Positions 23,346 to 36,814 of a stretch of DNA of 64,000 bases are shown here, piece by piece. The notes under the pieces are model-generated. The model had not been told where the DNA came from. It ran no database searches and was given only the letters and a program-made list of their open reading frames with translations. Where the stretch lies: positions 211,732,001-211,796,000 of the forward strand of contig NC_086097.1 in NCBI RefSeq assembly GCF_963921235.1. The letters run 5' to 3'. This stretch comes from Mobula hypostoma (Eukaryota). The position numbers were made by a program, and so were the translations under genes. The stretch's first letter is position 1, and every line of letters starts with the position of its first letter.

Positions 23346-25182
23346 TATTCATTTTTATTGATCCAGGCACGGATGACATTGATTTCCGTGGTGACTTGAC
23401 TGAGCTGGAAGTAACAGCATTTGATTCACTTTTGACTTTGAATTCAGTTTCTAATCTATACACTTTGGGAAGTTACCATTCACTGATCTTTTTAAACATT
23501 GCTTGCTCTTCTTCACATTTTACTAGCATACTTACTTGTGAATGATATACAACTGAATATACCACATATTGAATTAATAATAGTATAATCTGATTTAAAA
23601 TAAATATTTTATACAAGTAAATTATGTGTTCACACTCTGGTGTAATCTATAGAAACACAGAGAATGAAGAAAAGCCATTCACATCAACGAGCAGTTTTCT
23701 TTCTAAAGGCCCATGCAGCCTCTCCTGGGACCAAAAAATTCCAATTTATTCAATCTCTTGAGGGACTGAATAGCCACAGGTCAAACTCCTTAGAAATCAA
23801 AGCTGTATTTTCTCTCAGAACCCCAAAGAGAATCAAGCTAGAACATATCGGCAGTGTAACCAAATAATACTGAAAGCTTCAAAAGTGCATGTATTTTCCA
23901 GACAGGAATTTAAATGTAAGATTATTATCAAAGTAATTGTCAGTCAGTTCAGATTATTTGTAAGAAACAAAAAGCCATCAGCATTTTATTCCAATGATCT
24001 GAATCAGATCATTGTCACAGCACGTATCCTGTTGACAATGGCCAAAAGTAAAATATGCCCAGGGCTCACTTTTGCCTTTCACTGTTTAATTTCAAGACTG
24101 CCCATAAAACAGATTCCTGGTGGTCATTTAAACCATCTGGATGTAATATTAGTCTGCTGCAATAAGCCTGCCACAGGATCCCGTCTCCCTTTCTACATCA
24201 TAACCTCATTTATATGTGACTGCTCAGCCAGAAAACAAATGTAGAAAATGCTCACAGTTTTAATTGTCTCACCTAGTGGAATCAGTGAAATCACAATTAT
24301 TTTGCAGCTGTTTGGCTGCAAAGTTGTCTGGCTCTCTGAAGGTATGGTAGTTTTACAAATTTTCAAGACATTACAAATTTACACATCTACATACTCTAAA
24401 TAATTTGCTTCATTCATCATTATTAAAATAAAAAGCATAAATGACTTAATGTATGCTGTATTTTCTTCAACAAAAATATTGTTGGAGCTTATGAAAGCAT
24501 AATATTTAAATTAATGTGAAATAACTTTAATGCTGATGCTATTTTCGCTGGCTGCCAAACAAACTAGACAGCAATTTGTGGCAATCTTATTGGCTTCATT
24601 ATAGTCTGCATAAAAAGACGAGAACTGAAATATCTTCCATTCAATTCTACCATTTAATCCCTGTGCTCAATTCAACGATAACTCTATTTGTAAAGCAGTG
24701 CGGATACAAGAAGAGTATTGACTCAGTGATTCCGAGCAAATAACATTGCCTGAAATGACAAGTTAAGAAAAGCCTGATTCATCTTAACAATCTTCTAATA
24801 CTAATACTTTTATTGACAATTGGTGGAAATCTGATATCGTACTTAGACATATCCTTTCTTATCCACACAAGGTTGCATGATGAAGGTATGATCATTATTC
24901 TTGATCTTGAAAATAACTGTGATGAGCTTCACCTTGTTTCATTTAATTAATACCACAGGGAATTGCCAAGTAGATGAATTCCGCTATCTTCTGTTGAGCT
25001 TACAGAGAGAATGATATTTTTCCAAATAATTTAATAGTAGTTCACAAAGCTGTGAAAATTATTTCCAAGGTAAATATACAGGTGTCCATTTTGTTACAGT
25101 TCAGGTTACAGTAATTCACCATTAGAGCTAACAACAAATTTTGTCTATTTTTGTTTTTCTCAACCTACCTATCTTGTTGCAT

Positions 25183-25324
25183 GCAACACACAGAAACTGC
25201 TGGAGGAACTCAGCAGGCCAGGCAGTATCCTGCCTGATGCTGCCTGGCCTGCTGAGTTCCTCCAGCAGTTTCTGTGTTTTGCTTGGATTTCCTGCATCTG
25301 CAGAGTTTCTCTTGTTTGTGTTTT
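25183..25324. mobile_element. Fold-back PLE mini-insertion
   Basis: 47-bp inverted arms (25183-25229 and 25236-25282), 6-nt loop, tail on right arm; 13-bp TSD tatcttg(t/a)tgcat at 25170-25182 and 25325-25337. Confidence 0.85.
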
Positions 25325-26429
25325 TATCTTGATGCATACACAGGTAATGTGGTTTTTTTTATGAAAACATGGTAGATTGATGTGTGATGGTATAGGATTT
25401 GTTGACCGTGAAGTTCTAAACTCAAATGAAGACTTTAAAACTTATCTGATATACATAGCCATGAGTACCTCACTAAAGGGAGGTTTTACTGAAACTACAC
25501 AATCTTCAACGATTAGTTTACTTCCCTGTTTATTCTCCATGGCAATGTTAGCTGTCAATGCCCACGATATGAGTGTAGGGTCCCCTTCCCTACCAATAAA
25601 ATACTTCTAGCCGACAAAGTAGTTTAAGCACAGTTCATTTATTTTCAGTGATACATGTTTAAATCCAAACAATATTCTTAAAACATATTTAAAGCTCTTA
25701 GAAGATTTCAATCTTATAAAGGACTTCCAAATTACAAACCATTTCTAAAACACAAAGGAAGTCTAAAACACAGGAACAATTCCTATAATCTAAAAAGACA
25801 TACAAACAATGCAGATGAACCAGTCATCCATCGCAGAAATCAAAAACAGTGCAACGGACTCTAGCCCACTCCCATGTTTCTTTCATGCTTCTTGACGTTC
25901 CTTACCCCAATTCCCAATAAACCTGAACTGCTCTCTTCATTTATACAGTTTATTTGCCATTTGTGTGGCTTCTCACACATGCGCTATTCTTTCCTACCTT
26001 TTAGCAGATATAATTTTAAACTTTCTTGGAGACACAGCTCCCAGGTACCCATAATTAATCCAGTGAAGCTGTCTTCCCTGAGTACATAAACCTTCCAACT
26101 TATTAATAGATTGGTTATTGATGTGCAAATTATTTGCGTCCATCTGGTCTGCAAGCTTCCTTGAACTAAGCAAGTTAGCCAACGTTGTCTGTTTTGAAAG
26201 AAACCAAATTAATAACCCTTTGTCTTACACTGCACCTCTTTAGCAATAAGACAGGGACTGCGACCCACACCGCTATAGAAAGTGTGTCTGTTTGCAAAGG
26301 TTTTTTTTTGCAATTTCAAGCTGATTACTGCTTTCCATTTACATTCACAACTGAAGACAGGCTCCCATTTATGACCAGAAGCTAAACAAAGAATATAGTC
26401 GGAAGTTTGACTTACAACTGTTTGATCTT

Positions 26430-26788
26430 TACAAGTCTTCTGTATCATCTGCCTGATAGTAGTAGAGAGAAGGGAGCATGGTTCAGGAACATTTATTAGC
26501 CTTCAGCCATCAGGCTTCTGAACTGGCATACATAACTTCATTCACAAATTTGAACTGATAATGCAACCCATAGACTCTATAACTCATGTTCTCAGATTTT
26601 TTTAACATTTTAACTATTTGTCTTCTTTTGCACATTGGCTGTTTGTCAGCCTTTGTTAATGTATTCTTTTTGTAATTTCTATTTTATTGATTTTTCTATA
26701 AATGCTTACAGGAAAATGAATCAAGGCAGTATATGGTAACATATACATAATTTATAATAAATTTACTTAGATTTTTTTTTTAACTTTC
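26430..26788 (+). mobile_element. Rex1-type 3' tail with inverted 5' segment
   Basis: 26430-26480 is antisense to the Rex C-terminal sequence (cf. 517-565); 26481 onward is sense, ending ataataaatttact. Confidence 0.6.
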
Positions 26789-27739
26789 ATCTAGGCCTTG
26801 GTAGGCTTAGTCATAATTAGCCAGAGAATGGCATCTTATTTGGCAGATGGATGGCGAGTGGTTTAAATTAAGGCCTTGATTAGTGAGGTGAGATGCTTGG
26901 AATGAAGATTTGAAGGGTTGAAGCTTTGAGCTCATTGGGAATCAGTTGGGAGAGGGAATCACCAGTCCGTAGGAGGTCTTGGAGAGGAGATAGCGGGACA
27001 TATTTGAGTGAGGCTTCAGGCTTCAGTCCAAAATAGCTCAAGAAATTCAAGAGAATTTTTAAAAATGTCAAATATTCAGCTGTGATGACCGAAAATCTTG
27101 ACTGTTTCTTTTCCCACAGATACTGTCTGATCTGCTGTGCTATCCAACATTTTCTGTCTTTGTTTCACTAAACACATGGTTGTCCCAGGAGTGCCCAATA
27201 ATAGGTGCATTAGGAATAACATAAATTAATTTCCCCAGAAAAGGAATGATATCATTCAATGCAATCTTGATATGGAAATCCTTTTAAATGTGCAAAGATG
27301 AGTCTCAACTGGAAACTGCTAGTTGAAAATTCAGAAAGGTGTCAAAATGTACACAATTGTATTCCATTCTGGATTTTAAAAAAAAGCTTCACAAAAATAT
27401 CACAGAAAAAAGTAGCATTACACATCCAAGTTACTAAGCCGTTGTTCTTGGTGGTATTGGGCTACACAAAATGATGTTTTCAGCTTAGGCTTGCTTGATC
27501 AGATAAATTCCTTATTTATAATCATTATCCATTAAAGCTACCGGAAAGTGCAGATATCAGGAAATTGGGCAAGAACAGTTTTGGATTTGTCTGCGATGTT
27601 ACTTATCAATCAAATAGATTCTGTAGCAACAGTCACTTCTAAATTTACTGATTAAAAGCGGCAAAGTTTACTAACCACTGTGTCAAAACCCAGTTAAGAA
27701 TCACACACAAGAGAGAATCCGCAGATGCTGGAAATCTAT

Positions 27740-29375
27740 GCCCTCCCTCTGCTTTTATGTTAGCTTTGACTTCCCTTGTCAGCCATGGTTGTACTATTTT
27801 GCCATTTGAGTATTTCTTTGTTTTCAGAATTCATCTACCCTGCCCCTTCCTCATTTTTCCAAGAAACTCATGCCTTTGTTGCTCTGCTGTCAGCATCTCT
27901 TTCCAATTTACTTTGGCCGACTCCTCTCTCATACCATTGTAATTTCCTTTACTCGACTGAAATACTGCTACGTCAGACTTTACTTTCTCCCTATCAGATT
28001 TCAAGTTGAACTCAGTCATATTGTGATCACTGTCCTCCTAATGGTTCTTTTACCTTAAGCGTCCTAATTGCTTCTGGTTCATTACATAACACCCAGTCCA
28101 GTACAGCTGATCTCCCAGCAGGCTACTGTTGGAAGGCCTGTCTACAACTGCCACCAGGGTCCTTCTATCCTTGCAGTTTCTTAAATCAACCCACAAGGAT
28201 TCAACACCTTCTGATCCCATACCACATCTTTCTAATGGTTTGATGCCATTCTTTACCAGTAGAGCCTCGCCACCCCCTCTGCTAGTTTCCTATCCTTCCG
28301 ATACAATGTGTAACTTTAGACATTCAGCTCCCAACTACAACCATACTTCAGCCACAGTTCAGTGATGGCCACATTATACCTGACCATCTATAATAGTGCA
28401 ACAAAATTATCCACCTTATTTCTTATACTTCACGCATTTAACCAATTTCCCCGGGGATCAATAAAGTATGTCTATGACTATGAGTTGTAATACTTTGAAT
28501 ACTGTATTTGCAACCCTTTCTGATTCTGCGTCTCTAATGCATTGATATTCACTCAGCTGACTGCAGTTTTGTCCATCATCTGCTTGCCCTTCCTGACAGT
28601 CTGACTGCATGCTATCTTTGCTTTTTTACCATTTGTCCCACCTTGAGTTCCTTCACTCGGGTTTCCACACCCATACCAAATTATTTTAAACCTTCCCCAA
28701 TAATCCTCTAGAACATTGGTCTCCTTTGGGTTCAGATGCAGCCCGTCACTTTTGTACAGGTCATACCTCCCCCAGCAGAGATCCCAATGATCCAAAAACC
28801 CGAAGCCCTGTTCCCTGCACCCGCTTCTCAGCCACTCATTTATCTTCCAGATTATCCTGTTCCTACCCTCACTGGTGCATGGCACAGGTAGCAATCCAGA
28901 AATTACTACCCTGGAGGTCCTGCTTCTCAGCTTTCTGTTAGCTCTCTAAATTCTCTCTTCAGGACCTCTTTGCTTTTCCTTCCTATGTCACTGGTACCAA
29001 TATGTACCAAGACATCCGGCTGCTCTCTCTCCCTCCCTCTCTAAAATGCTTTGGACGCAGTCCGAGAGGTCCCTGACCCAGGCACCTGGGATACAACGTA
29101 CCATCCGGGTGTCCTGTTCATATCCATAGATTGTGTGTTCCCCTGACTGTCGAGTCACGTATCACGACTGATCTCCACTTTTCACTCTTTCTCTTCAGCA
29201 CCATGGACCCATCCTCAATGCCAGTAACCTGGTCCATTGCATTCCCCTGCGAGCTCATCCCCCACAGCAGTATCCAAAACAGTCTACTTACTATTGAGGG
29301 GAATGGCCACAGGGTGCTCTGTGCAATTCACATTTCCATTTCTCCTGACAGTTACCCAGCTACTCGCCTCAGAGA
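27740..29375 (-). mobile_element. Degraded CR1: ORF1 SGNH-esterase region and start of ORF2 endonuclease
   Basis: NRIIWKINEWLRSGCREQGFGFLDHWD...YKSDGLHLN; downstream SDHNMTEFNL endonuclease motif. Confidence 0.85.
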
Positions 29376-29532
29376 TTACACCAAAGGTTCACGTTTTTGT
29401 GATTGTTTAAATGGTATACTCAGTATAGACAAAAAGAAGTACCATTGTTTGTGTGTTATTAATTCAGGCAGATTGTATATTATTGTGACTTAGATGAAGA
29501 TCAGAACACATTTAATGAGTAGTTAATGCAGA

Positions 29533-31456
29533 AGAGGAGGACAAAGGGCTTAATTAGGAAAGGAAAAAAGATTATGAGAGAAAACTGGCAGGGAACATAA
29601 AAACTGACTGTTAAAGCTTTTATAGATATGTGAAAAGAAGATTGGTTAAGAGAAATGTAGGTCCCCTACAGACAGAAACAGGTGAATTGATTATGGGGAG
29701 CAAGGATATGGCAGACCAATTGAATAACTACTTTGGTTCTGTCTTCACTAAAGAGGACATAAATAATCTTCCGGAAATAGTAGGGGACAGAGGGTCCAGG
29801 GAGATGGAGGAACTGAGGGAAATACATGTTAGTAGGGAAGTGGTGTTAGGTAAATTGAAGGGATTAAAGGCAGATAAATCCCCAGGGCCAGATGGCCTGC
29901 ATCCCAGAGTGCTTAAGGAAGTAGCCCAAGAAATAATGGATGCATTAGTGATAATTTTCAAAACTCGTTAGATTCTGGACTAGTTCCTGAGGATTGGAGG
30001 GTGGTTAATGTACCCCCGCTTTTTAAAAAAGGAGGGAGAGAGAAACCGGAGAATTATAGACCGGTTAGCCTAACATAGGAGGTGGGGAAAATGCTAGAGT
30101 CAGTTATCAAAGATGTGATAACAGCACATTTGGAAAGCAGTGAAATCATCGGACAAAGTCAGCATGGATTTGTGAAAGGAAAATCATGTCTGACAAATCT
30201 CATCGAATTTTTGAGGCTGTAACTAGTAGAGTGGATAGGGGAGAACCAGTGGATGTGGTATATTTGGATTTTCAAAAGGCTTTTGACAAGGTCCCACACA
30301 GGAGATTAGTGTGCAAACTTAAAGCACATGGTATTGGGGGTAAGGTATTGATGTGGATAGAGAATTGGTTGGTAGACAGGAAGCAAAGAGTGGGAATAAA
30401 CGGGACCTTTTCAGAATGGCAGGCAGTGACTAGTGGGGTACCGCAAGGCTCAGTGCTGGGACCCCAGTTGTTTACAAAATATATTAATGACTTAGATGAG
30501 GGAATTAAATGCAGCATCTCCAAGTTTGCGGATGACACGAAGCTGGGCGGCAGTGTTAGCTGTGAGGAGGATGCTAAGAGGATGCAGGGTGACTTGGATA
30601 GGTTAGGTGAGTGGGCAAATTCATGGCAGATGCAATTTAATGTGGATAAATGTGAGGTTATCCACTTTGGTGGCAAAAACAGGAAAACAGATTATTACTT
30701 GAATGGTGGCCGATTGGGAAAAGGGGAGGTGCAACGAGACCTGGGTGTCATTATACACCAGTCATTGAAAGTGGGCATGCAGGTACAGCAGGTGGTGAAA
30801 AAGGCGAATGGTATGCTGGCATTCATAGCAAGAGGATTCGAGTACAGGAGCAGGGAGGTACTACTGTAGTTGTACAAGGCCTTGGTGAGACCACACCTGG
30901 AGTATTGTGTTCGGTGTTGGTCCCCTAATCTGAGGAAAGACATTCTTGCCATAGAGGGAGTACAAAGAAGGTTCACCAGATTGATTCCTGGGATGGCAGG
31001 ACTTTCATATGATGAAAGACTGGATCGACTAGGCTTATACTCGTTGGAATTTAGAAGATTGAGGGGGATCTTATTGATGCGTATAAAATCCTAAAGGGAT
31101 TGGACAGGCTAGATGCAGGAAGATTGTTCCCGATATTGGGGAAGTCCAGAACGAGGGGTCACAGTTTGAGGATAAAGGGGAAGCCTTTTAGGACCGAGAT
31201 GAGGAAAAACTTCTTCACACAGAGAGTGGTGAATCTGTGGAATTCTCTGCCACAGGAAACAGTTGAGGCCAGTTCATTGGCTATATTTAAGAGGGAGTTA
31301 GATATGGCCCTTGGGGCTAAAGGGATCGGGGGTATGGAGGGAAGGCTGGTACAGGGTTCTGAGTTGGATGATCAACCATGATCATACTGAATGGCGGTGC
31401 AGGCTCGAAGGGCTGAATGGCCTACTCCTGCACCTATTTTCTATGTTTCTATGTTT
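29533..31456 (+). mobile_element. CR1 LINE, 5'-truncated ORF2 (RT domain) with stops and frameshifts
   Basis: [47 protein letters not shown]; tail ttctatgtttctatg. Confidence 0.95.
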
Positions 31457-31939
31457 AAGACCAGGAAATTGTAAAGGGATCACAAACCTTTTCTTGCTAC
31501 TGTACTGTACATTGTAACTTCATAATTTATAATATAATGAAAAATTGCAGCAAAATGGATGAGATATCAGGGGATGTTGGAAAACCATATCAGTGATTGG
31601 GTTGTGTGGGAACTCCAAAGAGGACAAAATGAAGTGCTTGGATAGAAAAGTCAAGAATGTGGAAATTTCTGGAAGCATGACAACTAATGAGGATTCAAGG
31701 CAGAGGTGTGTGCAAGATGTCAGAAAACAATGATTGACAATGACTAGGCCATAAATGGATTGTAACAGAACAATGATGATATGTAATTGGAATGGAGGTT
31801 ATGTAAGTAGGTGAGTTTTTCCATGAGGATGGCAGCTTGATTTAGATCAAGGTTAAACAAGTGAAAAAAATGATGTCCTGGGGTGTCCTTAACCCATCGG
31901 AATTCTCTGCCAAGACATCATGGTTGCTGTCCACGGCCA

Positions 31940-32307
31940 CTCCACAACTGGCCTGGCACAGCTTGAGCAATTTTGCAAGGTGGAATGGGCAAATCTTGCT
32001 CCATCTCATTGTGCAAAGCTAGGAGAGATTTATCTGAAGAGACCACTGGCTGTAATAGCTGTGAGAGGTGGTTCAACCAAGTACTGAGAAAGGGGGATGA
32101 ATATTTTTGAACTGCTGACATTTCAGGTTTTGAATTTTTAGTTTTTCTTTCTTTACAATTTCCCCCGATTTTTGGGCTCTACTGTGGAATAAAGGGCCGT
32201 GTGATTTACAAATAAAAATTCTCAGTTAAGTTGATCAAAATCCCTGATTGTAATACTCATTTATGTGAACAAAGGGTTGGGGGTTGAAAACTTTCATAAG
32301 GCACTGT
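31940..32307 (+). mobile_element. Tc1-like DNA transposon, 3' end with right TIR
   Basis: LAQLEQFCKVEWANLAPSHCAKL...AVIAVRGGSTKY*; ends ggggttgaaaactttcataaggcactg followed by TA. Confidence 0.85.
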
Positions 32308-32819
32308 ATATTATTGACTGTTACTCCAGGATTCATGCAGGCAAAACTATGCAACAAAGCCTACTTACACATATCGGAACAAATCTCATGTAATTGCTCC
32401 TTAAGTGATCGACTGTAAAGAACCTTAGTAGTGTGACATGCTGGAGAGTCGATTGATGTTAGAATAAACACAGTTCAGCAATATAACACAGACAGATAAA
32501 ATGGGAAATTGTACAGCCGCTTTTAGTGCTGGCTCAGCACCTCCATGTAGGTCAGTCTGTGTGTGGTTTATAAATTGATTCATAAAAGAAGCATATGAAC
32601 AGACTTCACTTTATGCAGTGCAATAAAACTTAATTATGTTTAGGCACATGAGGTTGCTTCTGTAGTGCTCACCTTGAGGATGGAGAATGGTTTAAGAAGT
32701 CTCCTAATATATATAGCTTGAGAGGAGAGATGAGAATGACTTGAATGTAATGAAATATTCAGCTGATTCTGACAATACATAGTAATTCTAATTATTCCAT
32801 TTCTTTTGTGAAGGCTTAG

Positions 32820-32980
32820 ACATTGGCTTTGTGGATGAAGCTAGAGAGTGGTAGTAGAGGGTTACCTCAATGACTGGAGGCCAGTGACTAGTGGTGTGTC
32901 ACAGGGATTGGTGCTGGGTCTTTTGTTGTTTGTCATCTATGTCAATGATCTAGATGACGATGCGGTTAACTGGGTCATCG
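32820..32980 (+). mobile_element. CR1 RT fragment
   Basis: DWRPVTSGVSQGLVLGLLLFVIYVNDLDD. Confidence 0.75.
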
Positions 32981-33039
32981 ATGGGCAGGTGTAATGAGGC
33001 AGCTGCCGCGTTGCTGCTGGGAGATGGACAGGTTAAATA

Positions 33040-34090
33040 CCAGGGGAAATTGTCATCGTTTTTGGAAATTGAGAGCGGTGGCACATTTTGAAATGGTGAT
33101 AAAATTCTTTGAAGACTTGGGTGCTTCATTCCATGACATTGCTTATTTGTCAGAAATATTCACAATGTTTAATGTAATAATCTTTAATTGCAAGGAAATT
33201 ATGTGAATCTTACCAAGTCAAATCAGTTATCTCCATACTTCTGTCCAAGTTAACCCTACTTCAGTGCAATATGTCAGTCGAGACCTTTTTCGATTTCTGA
33301 GCCTCTCTGAGTTGGAAGGGAAAGAAAAAATACCAGATGACCGATCTTTGAGTTTACTTTCCCTTCCTGGGTAAGCTACGTACCTAAAGACATGTCAAGG
33401 AGACTTCAGGATCATGTCTTGACCCAAATTCCAGATTGTGTAATAAATACATCTCTGAACACTTGTAGTAAAGAATTGACAGGAAGGATAGAGAATGAAC
33501 TGATCTCACTGCAAATCGACTTCGAACTGAAGCCGATGTTCAAAATATTGTATCAAGATTTTTGGTTGCAGAAATAAATCTCTACACTCTATCCTTCTTT
33601 GAGGAGAAAGGTCAAGATTTTTTTTTTGCTTTTCCAATATAATTTTTAGTGGAGCACAGTTTCAGTACAGTCACCCAACTTCTTTCAAATTTCTGAACAT
33701 AGTGATCTGAGACTCCTTCTGAGTGACACTCAGCCTGATGTTGAGAAGCTAATATCACTGCACCAAGCCCATCCATCTCATCGAAAGGTGAAAAAGCAAC
33801 AAAGTAATGAATTAGTAGTTGGACTACCAATGTACGTTCTAAAATTGTTTATGAAAATTATTTTTACTGTAATTAAATAAAGAAAATGTTATTTCTAGCT
33901 TTAAATAAATCTGAATATTTTTTGCAATTACGTGTTAATGATTTGAATTTGCCATTGCTTTTTTTTCACTGTACAATATGAATCAAAATTCTTTATAGTT
34001 TTATGTAATGGCTGGAAAGGAGAGAGGGTCGCTGGGGATGTTGTCTGGGAGCCAAGGCAGCAGTATTCCAAAGAAGTTTGGAAGCCACTG
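33040..34090 (+). mobile_element. hAT-Charlie-like transposon relic (3' half)
   Basis: IAYLSEIF, LVEHSFSTV, DLRLLLSD..PDVEKLISLHQAHPSH; terminal gtttggaagccactg resembles a Charlie TIR. Confidence 0.75.
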
Positions 34091-35518
34091 CTTTAACCCA
34101 TTCCATGGGCAGAACAGAACTACCTCAGGTCATGATTTCAGTGTGTGTTGAGCACTGGCAGCTGAGAGCTGGAGCTAATTTTCAACTAGCATTGCAATTT
34201 AGAACATTCCTGGACCACTGGGTCAATTACTAGTAGAATTCACCACTCTCTACAGTGCCGATCCATACTAATTCTGATTAATTAGTTCCCTACCATATGT
34301 CCCAGAGGATTTTATTACAGAAACAGAGACTGATAGCCCTAGTTCCTTTTAAACTTGACTGAAGTAAACCTGTCAAAATTGCCTCTGAGAAAATGCAGAT
34401 GTTTTACATATGCTTGCAACTAATTTCTCCAGGATGCAAACTTTGGGCTAATCACATATGGTATCCACAAATCTGCCAACTGGAATTTTATTTTGTGGGA
34501 AACTTCCTCTTTTAATGATTGATGCCATTCCTTTTCGATCTTGTTTAAAGCTGAAAGCACTCAACCTGAAGGCCACCCTGAACTTGGGAAAGTAATATAC
34601 TTCTGCTCTTTCCCTCCGTTAAATCTACTGTATTTCTGCACTCTGTAACTCAGTCAATGTCTCTCTCCGCCGAGTCGAGGTGTGAGAGCAGAGAGTTGAT
34701 TCCTTAAGAACAACTGTGATACAGCGTATAGTCCATCTCTCGATATTATAGGGAGCAATACAACAGTGTGTGTATGAGATGGGCTGCAACCCAGTGAGCA
34801 GCAAACGACTCCAGCAATGACAACATTGAAGTCAAATGAATCCCAACATCAGATGCATTCTTAGTGGTAGAACATTAACTTCAATCTCAAATGGTTCATT
34901 TCAGGGAAGTAGTCTTTCCCCATCCCCAATACTTTTTTTGTTAACTACTGAAATAATTGCTACTTCATGGTTTCCCCCTTTAATGAAAATATCCAAATGA
35001 ATTCCCTCCATGTTATTAAAAATTTTACTAACAGACAACGAAGAGCTCATGATAAAGCAATCACCATGACTGAGTTTCTCATCTCTCATGTTTATCTGTC
35101 TTTGTTAGTTAAGAACCCACTGAATAGCATTCTACAACTATTAAATCAGGATGTATGGCTGCAGTCAAACTTATAACCCTCCACCACTACCATTTAATCA
35201 GGAGAAATAGATTGGTGTACTGTGCATATGAAATGGGATATTTCTGCTCTTCACAAAAAAATCATTGGAAAACACCTAACAAGTCAGGCAGCATCTGTGG
35301 AAAGAAAGTTAGAACCTTTCAAGAAGATTTCAGATTTCAAGCTTGTAGTTTTTTTTAAATTTAATTTATATTTTGCATTATTTAGTTGGTAGAATTAATC
35401 ACCAGCACCAAGAGAAAAGTGTGCCCTTGCATGAAGCTGTATGGAGCCAGGTCACCCTGTATCTATCTGTTCAATCTGCGCTGAAGGAGTGTTGCAGGTG
35501 TCGGTAAGGAAACAGATA

Positions 35519-36021
35519 TACACTAAGCTTCCGCCTTATTAGGTACCCCTGTACACCTGCTTGTCAACCAATCAAGTGGCGGCAACTCAATGCATAAAAG
35601 CATGCAGACATGATCAAGAGGCTCAGTTGTTGTTCAGACTGAGCATCAGAATGGGAAAGAAATGTGATCCACGTGACTTTGGCCGTGGAATGATTGTTGG
35701 TGCCAGACAGGGTGATTTGAGTATCTCAGAAACTGATGATCACCTGGGATTGATTTTCATGTAAAACAGTCTATAACAGTTTAACATCCAGAGCGCCGCA
35801 GATCTGTGAACAAAAATGCGTTGTTAATGAGAGAGGTCAGAGGAGAACGGCCAGACTGGTTCAAGCTGACGGGAGGGGATCAGTAACTCAAATAATCATG
35901 CACTACAACAGTAGAGTGCAGAAGAATCTCTCTGAATGCACAATACTTCAAACCTGGAACTGGAAGGGCTACAGCAGCAGAAAACCACGAACATACACTC
36001 AGTGGCCACTTTAGAAGGTAT
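35519..36021 (+). mobile_element. Tc1-like non-autonomous derivative (N-terminal transposase remnant)
   Basis: MGKKCDPRDFGRGMIVGARQGDLSISET HTH N-terminus; TIR-like tacact...ttattaggtac. Confidence 0.75.
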
Positions 36022-36814
36022 CACTTTATTTTAATTTATTTCCACTCACTTCAGGGGAGTATCCACGTTACCTTAAACTTTAGATCAATGTGGGAAGCTG
36101 TTGAACAGGTCCATCACTCTGACTTCAGCAGATTGTCCTAAGTTCTCACTGGAGAATGGAGAGTGAAGGGCTAGGTTCTGGGTTCTGGATTAAAATGTGC
36201 CCACATAGACATGATCCAACTCCCCATTGCCAATTGATTCATAGATTTTAGTGAAAAGTCTTTTAAATGAGATGATTAATTTTTATGAATGAGAACTCTA
36301 AAATGATTCAATAAATATTCTAGGTTGACTTTGAAGTCCTTCTGCGTCGGAAGATGTGGATTCTAGCTGTTCACCAGAATTGTCAAAAAAATCGAGGCTG
36401 ACATCTCAGCAGAGTACACAGGAATTGCTGAGTTGACTAAAGTCCTGTCTGTTAGAAGAGCCATTAAACTGAAGCCCTGTCTTCTCCCAAAGTCAGATTA
36501 AATTTATCACATGCTACTTCACAGATAAAGATAGAACACAGTGGAAATATTCTGCAGTTCAGTTTGCATCTGTGGATTAGGAAACATTATTTCAATTTAA
36601 TGACATGTCACCAGAACTAAGAGAAGTTTAAAAAATCAAGCACATTTAAGGTCAAAGCAAGATAGGAATGGAGAAGGAAAAAACAATGTACATGATAGGA
36701 AACACAGGAGACCGCAGGTGTTGGACTATGGAGCAAAAAATCCTGATGAAAGAACTTAGATGTTCAGGTAGCATTTGTGGAGGCAAAGGAATGTTTAATG
36801 CTTTGGCTCGAAAT

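Noticed and set aside
30272..30976. Long antisense ORFs over CR1 (also 59841-60239, 60486-61058)
   Set aside because: Shadows of the CR1 coding strand.
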